DNA of 64,000 bases, taken from an uncultured Candidatus Entotheonella sp. Its GTDB lineage: Bacteria; Tectomicrobia; Entotheonellia; Entotheonellales; Entotheonellaceae. Positions 49,782 to 58,605 of the stretch are shown here, piece by piece (positions within the stretch are counted from its first letter, which is position 1; every line of letters starts with the position of its first letter). Made by a program: the position numbers and the translations under genes. A model generated the notes under the pieces. That model did no database searches and was not told the origin of the DNA. It worked only from the letters and a program-made list of their open reading frames with translations. The stretch is from positions 2,784,001-2,848,000 of the forward strand of contig OZ244252.1 of assembly GCA_965217185.1 (NCBI GenBank), given 5' to 3'.

Positions 49782-51762
49782 TTACTCGTCCATCTTGTTG
49801 GCGCCGAAGGCTCCATACAGGCGGGAGGCAGCATCAAGGGAAGCGTTGAACGTGCCCGTCACGGCCTTGGGATGGCCCATGCCGGTCTCGGGACCGAAGA
49901 ACGTGGGAACCCAAGTGCCAACGCCGACCTGGGCGGTGCCCACGGTCCACTCGGTGGAGAGGAGCACATCAGTCGCCATATCCAATTCAAAGAGGTTTTC
50001 TACTGGCTGCAGGCCTGCTGCCATTGCAACGGCATCTTCAGCATCTCCATCATTAGGGATATTGCCGTCTGCCATCAGCTTCACCATCCAATCGGGACGA
50101 CTCACGTCGCCCGTCATGAAGTTGTCGATCATACCGCTGAGCATGATGCCGTCTCTCTGGTTGCCCACAGCAATGTCGTCGTCAACATCGAAATCCGCCT
50201 CTATGGTAGCCATGGCAGTGAAGTGGCCGCCTTCGTAGCTCTGATCGGTGGTGCTGGCAATGGCGTACTTGCCGGCAGCGGCGCCCTTGTAGGTGGCCGT
50301 ACCCCTCAAGGCGATGCCCGTTGTACTAGTAGCGTTCCTGGGTTCTCCCATGCCCATGGCGTTGGCAATCAACTGGAGGGATGCAGGCATGCCGGCCGCG
50401 TCCTTCATCAGCCACCAGCCGAAGGTGAGGTATTCCGAGTCCGCCCCGGCAATCCTGGCGTTCGGGTCGTCGGGGACGAACATCCATTCGCCGGCCACAT
50501 TGCCACTAGTAGTGCGTCAATCTTTGATCACGGGATAGAGATGATGCAACTTGACCCGTTTCGTCAATTCGGTCCGTTCTTCTTCACTCAAACGGACCAC
50601 ATAGAGCTTCTTCACAATCATCCCTCCCAGCTTATGGCCAGCAGCTTACTGGGAGGCAACTTATCATGCCTGTGCATTACGTTGAACAGCTACTAGTGGC
50701 ATCAACCGCCCCATCGGTATAGCGGGGCGGGGCTGTACATAGGCCCCCAGAAGTGGCGACGCAGGAGAAGGTGCCCGGTACGCCCATGACACTACCCGCA
50801 AACATCGTGGAGCCAGGCTTCAAGCCGGGACCCGCCGAGGTATCGGTCCGTTTGACGTCAGCCCACATGACTTCGTCGGCCTCAGTACCAATATCATACG
50901 TCCTCGTTCCGTCGACTATCATCCCGGTGTACGCGTCCAGGAACATCGTGCCCCCGAGGGCACCCCTGTCGCTGTACACGACGATGGTATTGCCGTCCTT
51001 ATCCATGAGCGTGGCACCCATCCAACCCTCGATCATGTCCGGCATGGCGCCCAAGGTGTAGTCCGCAACCTCGGGCTTGAGCTCGCCGTCAGCCACTTTC
51101 ACCATGACGGCTTCGGGGGCGGCAGTCGTGACATTAGCGAGAGCCTTCGTAAGCAGGGCCTTGGCCGCCGCGCTCATCTCATCGGCATCATCCGTGTCAA
51201 TCTCGCCCTGGAGATCAGTCAACATCATCTTGTACTTGTCGCGCTCAGCCTCAGCCTCCATCTTGGCCGTCATGGCATCCGCCGCGGCCTGATCAGCCGC
51301 CATCTTGGCCGTATTGGCCTCCTCAGCCATCATCTTGTAGCTGTCGCGGTCCGTTTCGGCTGTCGTCTTGGCCATCTCAGCCGCTGCCTGAGCCATCTCG
51401 GCCGTTGCCTGCGCCGCCTCAGCCGCTTCCTGGGCCGCCATGGCATCCGTCGCGGCCTGATCAGCCACCATCTTGGCCGCCTCAGCCACTCCCCTCGCGA
51501 CGTTAGCCTCGTCGCGCTCCATCTCGGCCGCCATCTTGGCCGTCTCAGCCATTGCCTGAGCCTCTTCAGCCATCGTCTTGGCCGTCTCAGCCTCCATCTT
51601 GGCCGCATTCGCCGCGTCGAGATCACCCTGCAGCATCGCAAGCTGATCTCTCATATCCTGATCGGCGCCGTTGTCATCGCCGCCACATCCTTGAAGGACC
51701 ATCGCCAGCATCGCGACGGCAACGACAATTCCTGACCATCTTCCAAACTTATTGAGGTTCAT
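49782..51762 (-). pseudogene. Second TbpB-like surface lipoprotein, interrupted by mini-IS630
   Basis: Lipobox LQGC-GGDD; removing the 187-bp insert gives in-frame DATSGNVAGEW; C-half has FGWW, ATYKGAAAGKY, GAFGA. Confidence 0.82.
50509..50693 (-). mobile_element. Internally deleted IS630-family element (MITE-like), about 185 bp
   Basis: Inserted in ACTAGT with duplicated TA/CTAG; GTAG..CTAC ends; mini-ORF 50517-50621 MIVKKLYVVRLSEEERTELTKRVKLHHLYPVIKD resembles fused IS630 N- and C-termini. Confidence 0.75.
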
Positions 51763-51911
51763 CCAGAACCCTCCTCTCAAGCAAAACAGTTTGTCGGTAC
51801 CCCGGAGGCCCCAGCCGTGAAGACCCCGAATCGTGAACGCTCGCCGCGCGTCATGGCGAATCGTAACTGTTTGTGGGTTGCCCTGGTATTCCTGCACAAC
51901 GCCAAGTAGCT

Positions 51912-52051
51912 TAACATACCGAAGTTGACTTGCAATAACAAGCCCCATGATTCAGGAAATTGAAAGTCCGCAGGCGGCTTGCGTAACCAGCTGCCGCCGC
52001 AGTCAGGATGGTGGCTAACAATACCGAAGCCGACTTGCAATAGCAAACCCC
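51912..52051 (-). promoter_or_regulatory. Duplicated sigma70-like promoter upstream of the lipoprotein
   Basis: Two ~35-bp direct repeats: TTGTTA-17-TATGTT and TTGCTA-17-TATTGT with near-identical spacers. Confidence 0.55.
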
Positions 52052-52506
52052 GTAATCCATGGACATTGGGATCGCGTGGGTGAGGCGGCTCGCCGGTGCA
52101 AGCCAGTGGCGGAGTTCAAACAGCGGAAATCCTAATGGCAGGCAGCAGCGGGTGCAAGCAATAAATGCCAAGGGCGGGAAATGATGCTGTGGATGATGTC
52201 GTCATGCAGGTCGGATTAGCCGCAACGCGGCGTAATCCGACTTCCGCTGCGCTGCCCCCCAACTTCCCCCCCTCTCCCTAGCCCTCCCCCGCGGTGGGGG
52301 GAGGGAAGGTACAAACCGCTCATCTCCCCCGCGAAAGGGGGTTGCTCTCTTGTTCCTGGGCAGGAATCGGCCGGCTGCCCCTCCTGTACCTCGGCGGCAG
52401 GGAGCGGGGGAATTGGGGTGATAAGGAACGGGGAATGCCGGATTACGCTGCGCTAATTCGGCCTGCATATCCGGCCCACAGATTCAGGGTGGGGTTGCGG
52501 GCAGGC

Positions 52507-52791
52507 TCAGGGCGAGGGTGCGTCGGCGGTCTGCAACTGCTCGGTGAGGGTGTCGATGCGTGTTTCGCTGCGGGTGACGCGGGCGCTGAGTTTGCGGAGT
52601 CCGGAGACATCTTCAACGAGGTCCTCGATGCGTTTGTCTTGGGCGTCGAAACGCTGGCCCACGGCGTCGAAGCCTTGCTGCATGGGTCTGACGACGCTGA
52701 ATTGGATGATGGCGGCGAACCCGCCGAGGATGGCGATGGTCGTCGTGATGGGACCTGCGTCGTCTTTGACCCAGTTCCATATTTTCCGCAT
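52507..52791 (-). CDS. Array coiled-coil protein, copy 1 (94 aa)
   Basis: GGAGG RBS; TM + coiled coil + TADAPSP tail. Confidence 0.85.
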   Translation of the reverse strand: MRKIWNWVKDDAGPITTTIAILGGFAAIIQFSVVRPMQQGFDAVGQRFDAQDKRIEDLVEDVSGLRKLSARVTRSETRIDTLTEQLQTADAPSP

Positions 52792-52970
52792 CGGTCCTCC
52801 GGCGTTTCAGGATTGGGAAGGATGGGATCACGAAGCGCGGGTATTTCGGCTTGGATGGCGCCCGGGCCGGGTGGCGGCGGCGCGTTGCGGAGTGGGGGAG
52901 TCGCTGCAGAAATGTCGGATTACGCCGGCGGCTAATCCGACCTACATTTCTACATGTCCGACCCGCAGAT

Positions 52971-53255
52971 TCAGGGCGAGGGTGCGTCGGCGGTCTGCAA
53001 CTGCTCGGTGAGGGCGTCGATGCGTGTTTCGCTGCGGGTGACGCGGTCGCTGAGTTTGCGGAGTCCGGAGACATCTTCAACGAGGTCCTCGATGCGTTTG
53101 TCTTGGGCGTCGAAACGCTGGCCCACGGCGTCGAAGCCTTGCTGCATGGGTCTGACGACGCTGAATTGGATGATGGCGGCGAACCCGCCGAGGATGGCGA
53201 TGGTCGCCGTGATGGGACCTGCGTCGTCTTTGACCCAGTTCCATATGTTCCGCAT
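52971..53255 (-). CDS. Array coiled-coil protein, copy 2 (94 aa)
   Basis: Near-identical to copy 1. Confidence 0.85.
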   Translation of the reverse strand: MRNIWNWVKDDAGPITATIAILGGFAAIIQFSVVRPMQQGFDAVGQRFDAQDKRIEDLVEDVSGLRKLSDRVTRSETRIDALTEQLQTADAPSP

Positions 53256-53435
53256 CGGCCCTCCGGCGTTTCAGGATTGGGAAGGATGGGATCACGAAGC
53301 GCGGGTATTTCGGCCTGGATGGCGCCCGGGCCGGGTGGCGGCGATGGCGCGTTGCGGAGTGGGGGAGGCGGTGGAAATGTCGGATTACGCCTGCGGCTAA
53401 TCCGACCTACATTTCTACATGTCCGACCGGCAGAT

Positions 53436-53879
53436 TCAGGGCGAGGGTGCGTCGGCGGTCTGCTGCTCGGTGAGGGCGTCGATGCGTGTTTCGCTGCGGG
53501 TGACGCGGTCGCTGAGCTTGCGGAACTCAGAGACATCTTTAACGAGGTCCTCGAGGCGTCTGTCTTGGGCGTCGAAGCGCTGGTCCACGGCGTCGAAACG
53601 CTGGTTCACGGCGTCGAAGCGCTGGTCAACGGCGTCGAAGCGCTGGTTGATCGCTTTGTTCTGGTCGTCGAAACGCTGATTGATCGCTTTGTTCTGGTCG
53701 TCGATGCGCTGGTTGATCGATTCGTTCTGGTCGGCGATGCGCTGGTTGACGGCGTTGAAGCCTTGGTGCATGGGTCTGACGACGCTGAATTGGATGATGG
53801 CGGCGAACCCGCCGAGGACGACGATGGTCACCATGACGGGACCTGCGTTGTCTTCGATCCAGTTCCATATGTTCCGCAT
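53436..53879 (-). CDS. Array coiled-coil protein, copy 3 (147 aa)
   Basis: Extra modules 11,11,11,7,7,7. Confidence 0.85.
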   Translation of the reverse strand: MRNIWNWIEDNAGPVMVTIVVLGGFAAIIQFSVVRPMHQGFNAVNQRIADQNESINQRIDDQNKAINQRFDDQNKAINQRFDAVDQRFDAVNQRFDAVDQRFDAQDRRLEDLVKDVSEFRKLSDRVTRSETRIDALTEQQTADAPSP

Positions 53880-54198
53880 AAGTCCTCCGGCGTTTCAGGA
53901 ATGCGAAGGATTGTATCACGAAGCGCGGGTATTTCGGCTTGGATGGTGCCCGGGCCGGGTGGCGGCGGCGGCTGAATCGGCGATGGCGCTTTGCGGCGTG
54001 GGGGGCCCGCTGTGGAAATGACGGATTACGCTGCGCTAATGCGATCTGTGTTCACGCCCCCGTGGAGGGGATCAGTGGTGCAAACCGCTAATCTTCTCCA
54101 CGAAGGGGATTTGCTCCCTCTCCCCTGGTGGGAGAGGGCCGGGGTGAGGGGGATAAGTGGAATGTTCGGATTACGCTTCGCTAGTCCGGCTAAGTCGG

Positions 54199-54678
54199 TC
54201 ACTCGGGCGGCGCCGCGTCGTCCGGCTCCGGCGCGGCCGGCAGGCCGGAGGCGATTTCAAGCCGGGAGATGCGTTGGCCGTTGTTCGAGATGAGGTCTCC
54301 CAGCCGTGCGATGTTTCTCTCCAGGGCGTCGAAGCGCCTGTCTAGCGCGTCGAGCCGGCTATTGATGTCGTCAAACCGGGCGTTGACGGCTTCGAGCTGG
54401 CTGTTGACGGTTTGGCTGAGAGAATCGAACCGGCCGTTGAGGGTCTCGAACCGGCCGTCGATAGCCACGAACCGGCCGTCGATGGCCTCGAACCGGCCGT
54501 CGATGGTCTCGAACCGGCCGTCAATTGATTCGAGCCGGCTCTCGATTGATTCGAAGCGGCTGTTGAACACATTGACAAAATCATTGAACCGGCTGTTCAT
54601 CGTGCTGATCAACAGCCCGCCCAAGGTGACGTTCAGCGCAATAACCGCGGCGATGACGGTAATGGTGTGGCCGATCAT
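54199..54678 (-). CDS. Divergent TM + heptad-repeat coiled-coil protein inside the array
   Basis: MIGHTITVIAAVIALN.. then IDGRFEx heptads; GGAGGG RBS. Confidence 0.8.
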   Translation of the reverse strand: MIGHTITVIAAVIALNVTLGGLLISTMNSRFNDFVNVFNSRFESIESRLESIDGRFETIDGRFEAIDGRFVAIDGRFETLNGRFDSLSQTVNSQLEAVNARFDDINSRLDALDRRFDALERNIARLGDLISNNGQRISRLEIASGLPAAPEPDDAAPPE

Positions 54679-54904
54679 GATTTCCCTCCCCTCAACTCTT
54701 GGCGCCGCGTCGTCCGTCCGACACGTTACTATAGCCTGAAAACGGAAAGCGCCGCCGCTTTGGTGGAACGTTCGGACTACATTGAAGCGTGTGTGGGCTG
54801 ACAGCTTCACGTGGGTCGGATGACGCCTGCGGCTAACCCGGCCTACGTGTCCGACCCACAGATTCAGGGCGGGGCTGTGGGCCGATTCAGAGCCTGCCCC
54901 GGGC

Positions 54905-55393
54905 TCAATCCGGAGGGGAGGGTGCGTCGGCGGTGGTTTGCAACTGCTCGGTGAGGGTGTCGATGCGTGTTTCGCTGCGGGTGACGCGGTCGCTGAGCTT
55001 GCGGAACTCAGAGACATCTTTAATGAGGTCCTCGAGGCGTCTGTCTTGGGCGTCGAAGCGCTGGTTGATCGATCTGTTCTGGTCGGCGAAACGCTGGTTG
55101 ATCGCTTTGTTCTGGTCGTCGAAGCGCTGGTTCACGGCGTCGAAACGCTGGTTCACGGCGTCGAAACGCTGGTTCACGGCGTCGAAGCGCTGGTTCATCG
55201 ATCTGTCCTGATCGTTCAAGCGCTCGTTGATGTAGCTGATCTGGTCGTCGATGCGCTGGTTGACGGCGTTGAAGCCTTGGTGCATGGGCCTGACGACGCT
55301 GAATTGGATGATTCCGGCGAACCCGCCGAGGATGGCGATGGCCACCGTGATGGGACCTGCGTTGTCTTCGACCCAGTTCCATATGTTCCGCAT
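54905..55393 (-). CDS. Array coiled-coil protein, copy 4 (162 aa)
   Basis: Extra modules 11,11,7,7,7,11,11. Confidence 0.85.
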   Translation of the reverse strand: MRNIWNWVEDNAGPITVAIAILGGFAGIIQFSVVRPMHQGFNAVNQRIDDQISYINERLNDQDRSMNQRFDAVNQRFDAVNQRFDAVNQRFDDQNKAINQRFADQNRSINQRFDAQDRRLEDLIKDVSEFRKLSDRVTRSETRIDTLTEQLQTTADAPSPPD

Positions 55394-55654
55394 CGGTCCT
55401 CCAGCGTTTCAGGAATGCGAAGGATTGTATCACGAAGGGCGGGTATTTCGGCCTGGATGGTGCCCGGGGCGGGTGGCGGCGGCGACCAACTATCTCGCGC
55501 CGCTGCCTGGCAGGTGCTGAATCGGTTGAGGCGCATGACGTCTCTATGCGGAAGCGCCCCCTCTCCCCTGGTGGGAGAGGGTTGGGGTGAGGGGGAATGA
55601 GGAATGTCGGATTACGCCTGCGGCTAATCCGACCTACATTTCCGACCCGCAGAT

Positions 55655-56143
55655 TCAGGGCGAGGGTGCGTCGGCGGTCTGCTGCTCGGTGAGGGCGTCG
55701 ATGCGTGTTTCGCTGCGGGTGACGCGGTCGCTGAGTTTACGAAATTCAGAGACATCTTTAACGAGGTCCTCGATGCGTCTGTCTTGGGCGTCGAAGCGCT
55801 GGTCAACGGCGTCGAAACGCTGATTGATGTACTTGTTCTGGTCGTCGAAGCGCTGGTCAACGGCGTCGAAGCGCTGATTGATCGCTTTGTTCTGGTCGTC
55901 GAAGCGCTGGTTGATCGATCTGTTCTGGTCGTCGAAGCGCTGATTGATCGATTTGTTCTGGTCGTTCAAGCGCTGGTCGATGTACTTGTTCTGGTCGTCG
56001 ATGCGCTGGTTGACGGTGGCGAAGCCTTGGTGCATGGGTCTGACGACGCTGAATTGGATGATTCCGGCGAACCCGCCGAGGATGGCGATGGTCACCATGA
56101 CGGGACCTGCGTTGTCTTCGATCCAGTTCCATATGTTCCGCAT
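55655..56143 (-). CDS. Array coiled-coil protein, copy 5 (162 aa)
   Basis: Extra modules 11,11,11,11,7,11,7. Confidence 0.85.
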   Translation of the reverse strand: MRNIWNWIEDNAGPVMVTIAILGGFAGIIQFSVVRPMHQGFATVNQRIDDQNKYIDQRLNDQNKSINQRFDDQNRSINQRFDDQNKAINQRFDAVDQRFDDQNKYINQRFDAVDQRFDAQDRRIEDLVKDVSEFRKLSDRVTRSETRIDALTEQQTADAPSP

Positions 56144-56301
56144 AAGTCCTCCGGCGTTTCAGGAATGCGAAGGATTGTATCACGAAGCGCGGGTATTTCG
56201 GCCTGGATGGTGCCCGGGGCGGGTGACGGCGGCGCGTTGCGGAGGTGGAAATGTCGGATTACGCCTGCGGCTAATCCGACCTACATTTCCGACCCGCAGA
56301 T

Positions 56302-56735
56302 TCAGGGCGAGGGTGCGTCGGCGGTCTGCTGCTCGGTGAGGGCGTCGATGCGTGTTTCGCTGCGGGTGACGCGGTCGCTGAGCTTGCGAAATTCAGAGAC
56401 ATCTTTAACGAGGTCCTCGAGGCGTCTGTCTTGGGCGTCGAAGCGCTGGTCCATGGCGTCGAAGCGTTGGTCGATGTACTTATCCTGGTCGTCGAAGCGC
56501 TGGTTGATCGCTTTGTTCTGGGCGTCGAAGCGCTGGTTCATCGATCTGTCCTGGTCGCTCAAGCGCTGTTGATGTACTTGATCTGGTCGTCGAAGCGCTG
56601 GTTGACGGCGTTGAAGCCTTGGTGCATGGGTCTGACGACGCCGAATTGGATGATGGCGGCGAACCCGCCGAGGACGGCGATGGTCACCATGACGGGACCT
56701 GCGTTGTCTTCGATCCAGTTCCATATGTTCCGCAT
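56302..56735 (-). pseudogene. Array coiled-coil protein, copy 6, 1-bp deletion near 56568
   Basis: Paralogous start at 56735; ATC AAC AGC GC instead of ATC AAC CAG CGC; restored modules 11,11,11,11,7. Confidence 0.8.
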
Positions 56736-56890
56736 AGGTCCTCCGGCGTTTCAGGAACAGGAATGCGAAGGATTGTATCACGAAGCGCGGGTATTTCGGC
56801 CTGGATGGTGCCCGGGCCGGGTGGCGGCGATGGCGAACAATTATCTCGCGTCGCTGGCTGGCAGGTGCGGAAGCGTCCCCCTCTCCCTAG

Positions 56891-58364
56891 TACTACAGTT
56901 GCGGTTTAGCTGTTATCATGGTCTTTTCCCTGAACGCAAAGCGAAGGAGAGCCATGATGTCAAGCCAGCCGTTCAACTCGCTCGCAACCGAGGCCGACCC
57001 CATGTCAAGCACGGGGCAGGCTATGACGACTGTCACGGGCTGGCAAGCCTGTCTCCATGAGGTGGCCCAGTGCCTGCGTCCCTCCTTTGGCCGTCGGGAA
57101 TCGTGGCAACGCGCCGTGGCCTATATCGAAGGACTGCTCAGCACCACAGAACGTAAAAACGCCTGGCAGTTGGCGGAAATCAACGGCGATGCTACGCCCT
57201 ATGGCATCCAGCACTTGCTCGGACGGGCTTCGTGGCAGGCCGACGACCTGCGAGACGCCCTGTGTGCCTACGTCGTGGCACACCTGGGCGACCCCGACGC
57301 GGTGCTGGTGGTCGATGAGACGGGATTCTTGAAAAAAGGCGACCGCTCCGCCGGGGTGGCCAGGCAGTACAGCGGCACGGCCGGCAAAGTCGAAAACTGT
57401 CAGATTGGCGTGTTTGTGGGCTACGCCAGTCGCCTGGGTCAGACCTTGCTGGACCGTGCCTTATACCTGCCCGCGTCGTGGACGGAGGATGCTGCGCGCT
57501 GCCAGCGGGCGGGCATTGCTCCAGAGGCAGAGTTTGCCACCAAACCTGAGTTAGCCCGGACGATGCTTGAGCGCGCCTTTGCTTCGGGGGTGCCTGCCTC
57601 GTGGGTGGTGGGCGACAGCGTTTACGGCGACGCGCGTCGCTTGCGTCTGTGGTTGGAAGGGCAGGCAAAGGCGTATGTGTTGGCGGTGTCTGGCAAGGAA
57701 CGTGTCTGGTTTGAGGGTCGTCCGTGTTCGGTGCAGTCGGTGCTTGCGGGGCTTGACGAGGGGGCTTGGCAGCGACTGAGTGCCGGTTCGGGGAGCAAGG
57801 GGCCGAGGTTCTATGACTGGCAGTGTGTGGGGTTGACGGCGGCGCAGGCGGGTTGGCGCCGCTGTTTGCTGGTGCGTCGCAGCCTGAAAGCGGACGGGAA
57901 GTTGACGGCCTATGCGGTGTATGCGCCGTGCGGCACGGACTTGGCGACGCTGGTGTCGGTGGCGGGTCGGCGTTGGTGTATTGAGATGTGTTTTGAGGCG
58001 GCCAAGGGTGAAGTGGGACTAGATGAGTATGAGGTTCGCAGTTGGACGGGGTGGTATCGTCACGTCACCTTGTCGATGTGGGCGTTGGCGTTGCTGAGTG
58101 CCGTGCGGGCCGCCCACTTGCAGGTGGTGGAAAAAAAACGCTCGTCGGTGAGCAGTCTGTTGGGCTTCAAAGCGTCGCGGGGCCTGGTGTCGTGTTGAGT
58201 GTGGCGGAGATACGGCGTTTGTTTTGGCGTTTAGTGCTGAGGGTGTGGCACGGCGTGGAGCAGGTGTTGGGATGGAGCAAATGGCGCCGTCGGCATCAAT
58301 GGGTAGCGCGATGGTGTCATTACCGACGGCGCCAGAATCGTAACGTGGAATTGCAACTGTAGTA
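56891..58364 (+). mobile_element. IS701-family insertion sequence, copy 1 (1474 bp)
   Basis: TIR TACTACAGTTGC/GCAACTGTAGTA, CTAG target duplication. Confidence 0.93.
56918..58198 (+). CDS. IS701-family DDE transposase (true start probably later; possible -1 extension to 58362)
   Basis: VDETGFLKKG, VARQYSGTAGKVENCQ, RWCIEMCFEAAKGEVGLD. Confidence 0.93.
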   Translation: MVFSLNAKRRRAMMSSQPFNSLATEADPMSSTGQAMTTVTGWQACLHEVAQCLRPSFGRRESWQRAVAYIEGLLSTTERKNAWQLAEINGDATPYGIQHLLGRASWQADDLRDALCAYVVAHLGDPDAVLVVDETGFLKKGDRSAGVARQYSGTAGKVENCQIGVFVGYASRLGQTLLDRALYLPASWTEDAARCQRAGIAPEAEFATKPELARTMLERAFASGVPASWVVGDSVYGDARRLRLWLEGQAKAYVLAVSGKERVWFEGRPCSVQSVLAGLDEGAWQRLSAGSGSKGPRFYDWQCVGLTAAQAGWRRCLLVRRSLKADGKLTAYAVYAPCGTDLATLVSVAGRRWCIEMCFEAAKGEVGLDEYEVRSWTGWYRHVTLSMWALALLSAVRAAHLQVVEKKRSSVSSLLGFKASRGLVSC

Positions 58365-58596
58365 CTAGCCCTCCCCCCGCGCAGGGGGGAGGGCAAACCA
58401 AGCAAGGCCCACGTCGCTGCCCCATGTAGCCCTCCCCCCGCGCAGGGGGGAGGGGACCAATCAAAGCAGGACGAAGCGAACCTGGAAATGAGCCCTCCCC
58501 CGCGGAGGAGGAAACGGAAATGCAAACCCGCTTGTCTCATCCACGAAGGGGTTTTTCTCCCTCTCCCCTGGTGGGAGAGGGTTGGGGTGAGGGGGA
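58365..58596. repeat. CCCTCCCCC..GGGGGAGGG palindrome cluster
   Basis: Direct repeat TAGCCCTCCCCCCGCGCAGGGGGGAGGG twice plus related hairpins; further family members at 52255, 54114, 55557, 59316-59500, 62394. Confidence 0.75.
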
Positions 58597-58605
58597 ATCA
58601 GGCTT

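Larger units (their letters stand above)
52206..56850 (-). repeat. Tandem array of gene+REP units
   Basis: Conserved ~100-bp leader + ORF + GTAG-REP; REPs at 52437, 52914, 53379, 54020/54164 (degenerate), 54815, 55606, 56253, plus an inverted REP at 52206. Confidence 0.9.

Noticed and set aside
52613..53975. Long ORFs spanning array units (52613-53536 -, 52851-53975 +)
   Set aside because: They are by-products of tandem repeats read in other frames and cross REPs; the RBS-supported ORFs are the short paralogs.
52437..56284. CRISPR array
   Set aside because: The repeats are REP hairpins separated by hundreds of bp of paralogous genes, not unique short spacers; no cas genes are present.
52206..56850. 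Classical integron or diversity-generating retroelement
   Set aside because: No tyrosine integrase or reverse transcriptase in the window, no attC RYYYAAC/GTTRRRY cores noticed, and variation is by module number rather than adenine-specific.
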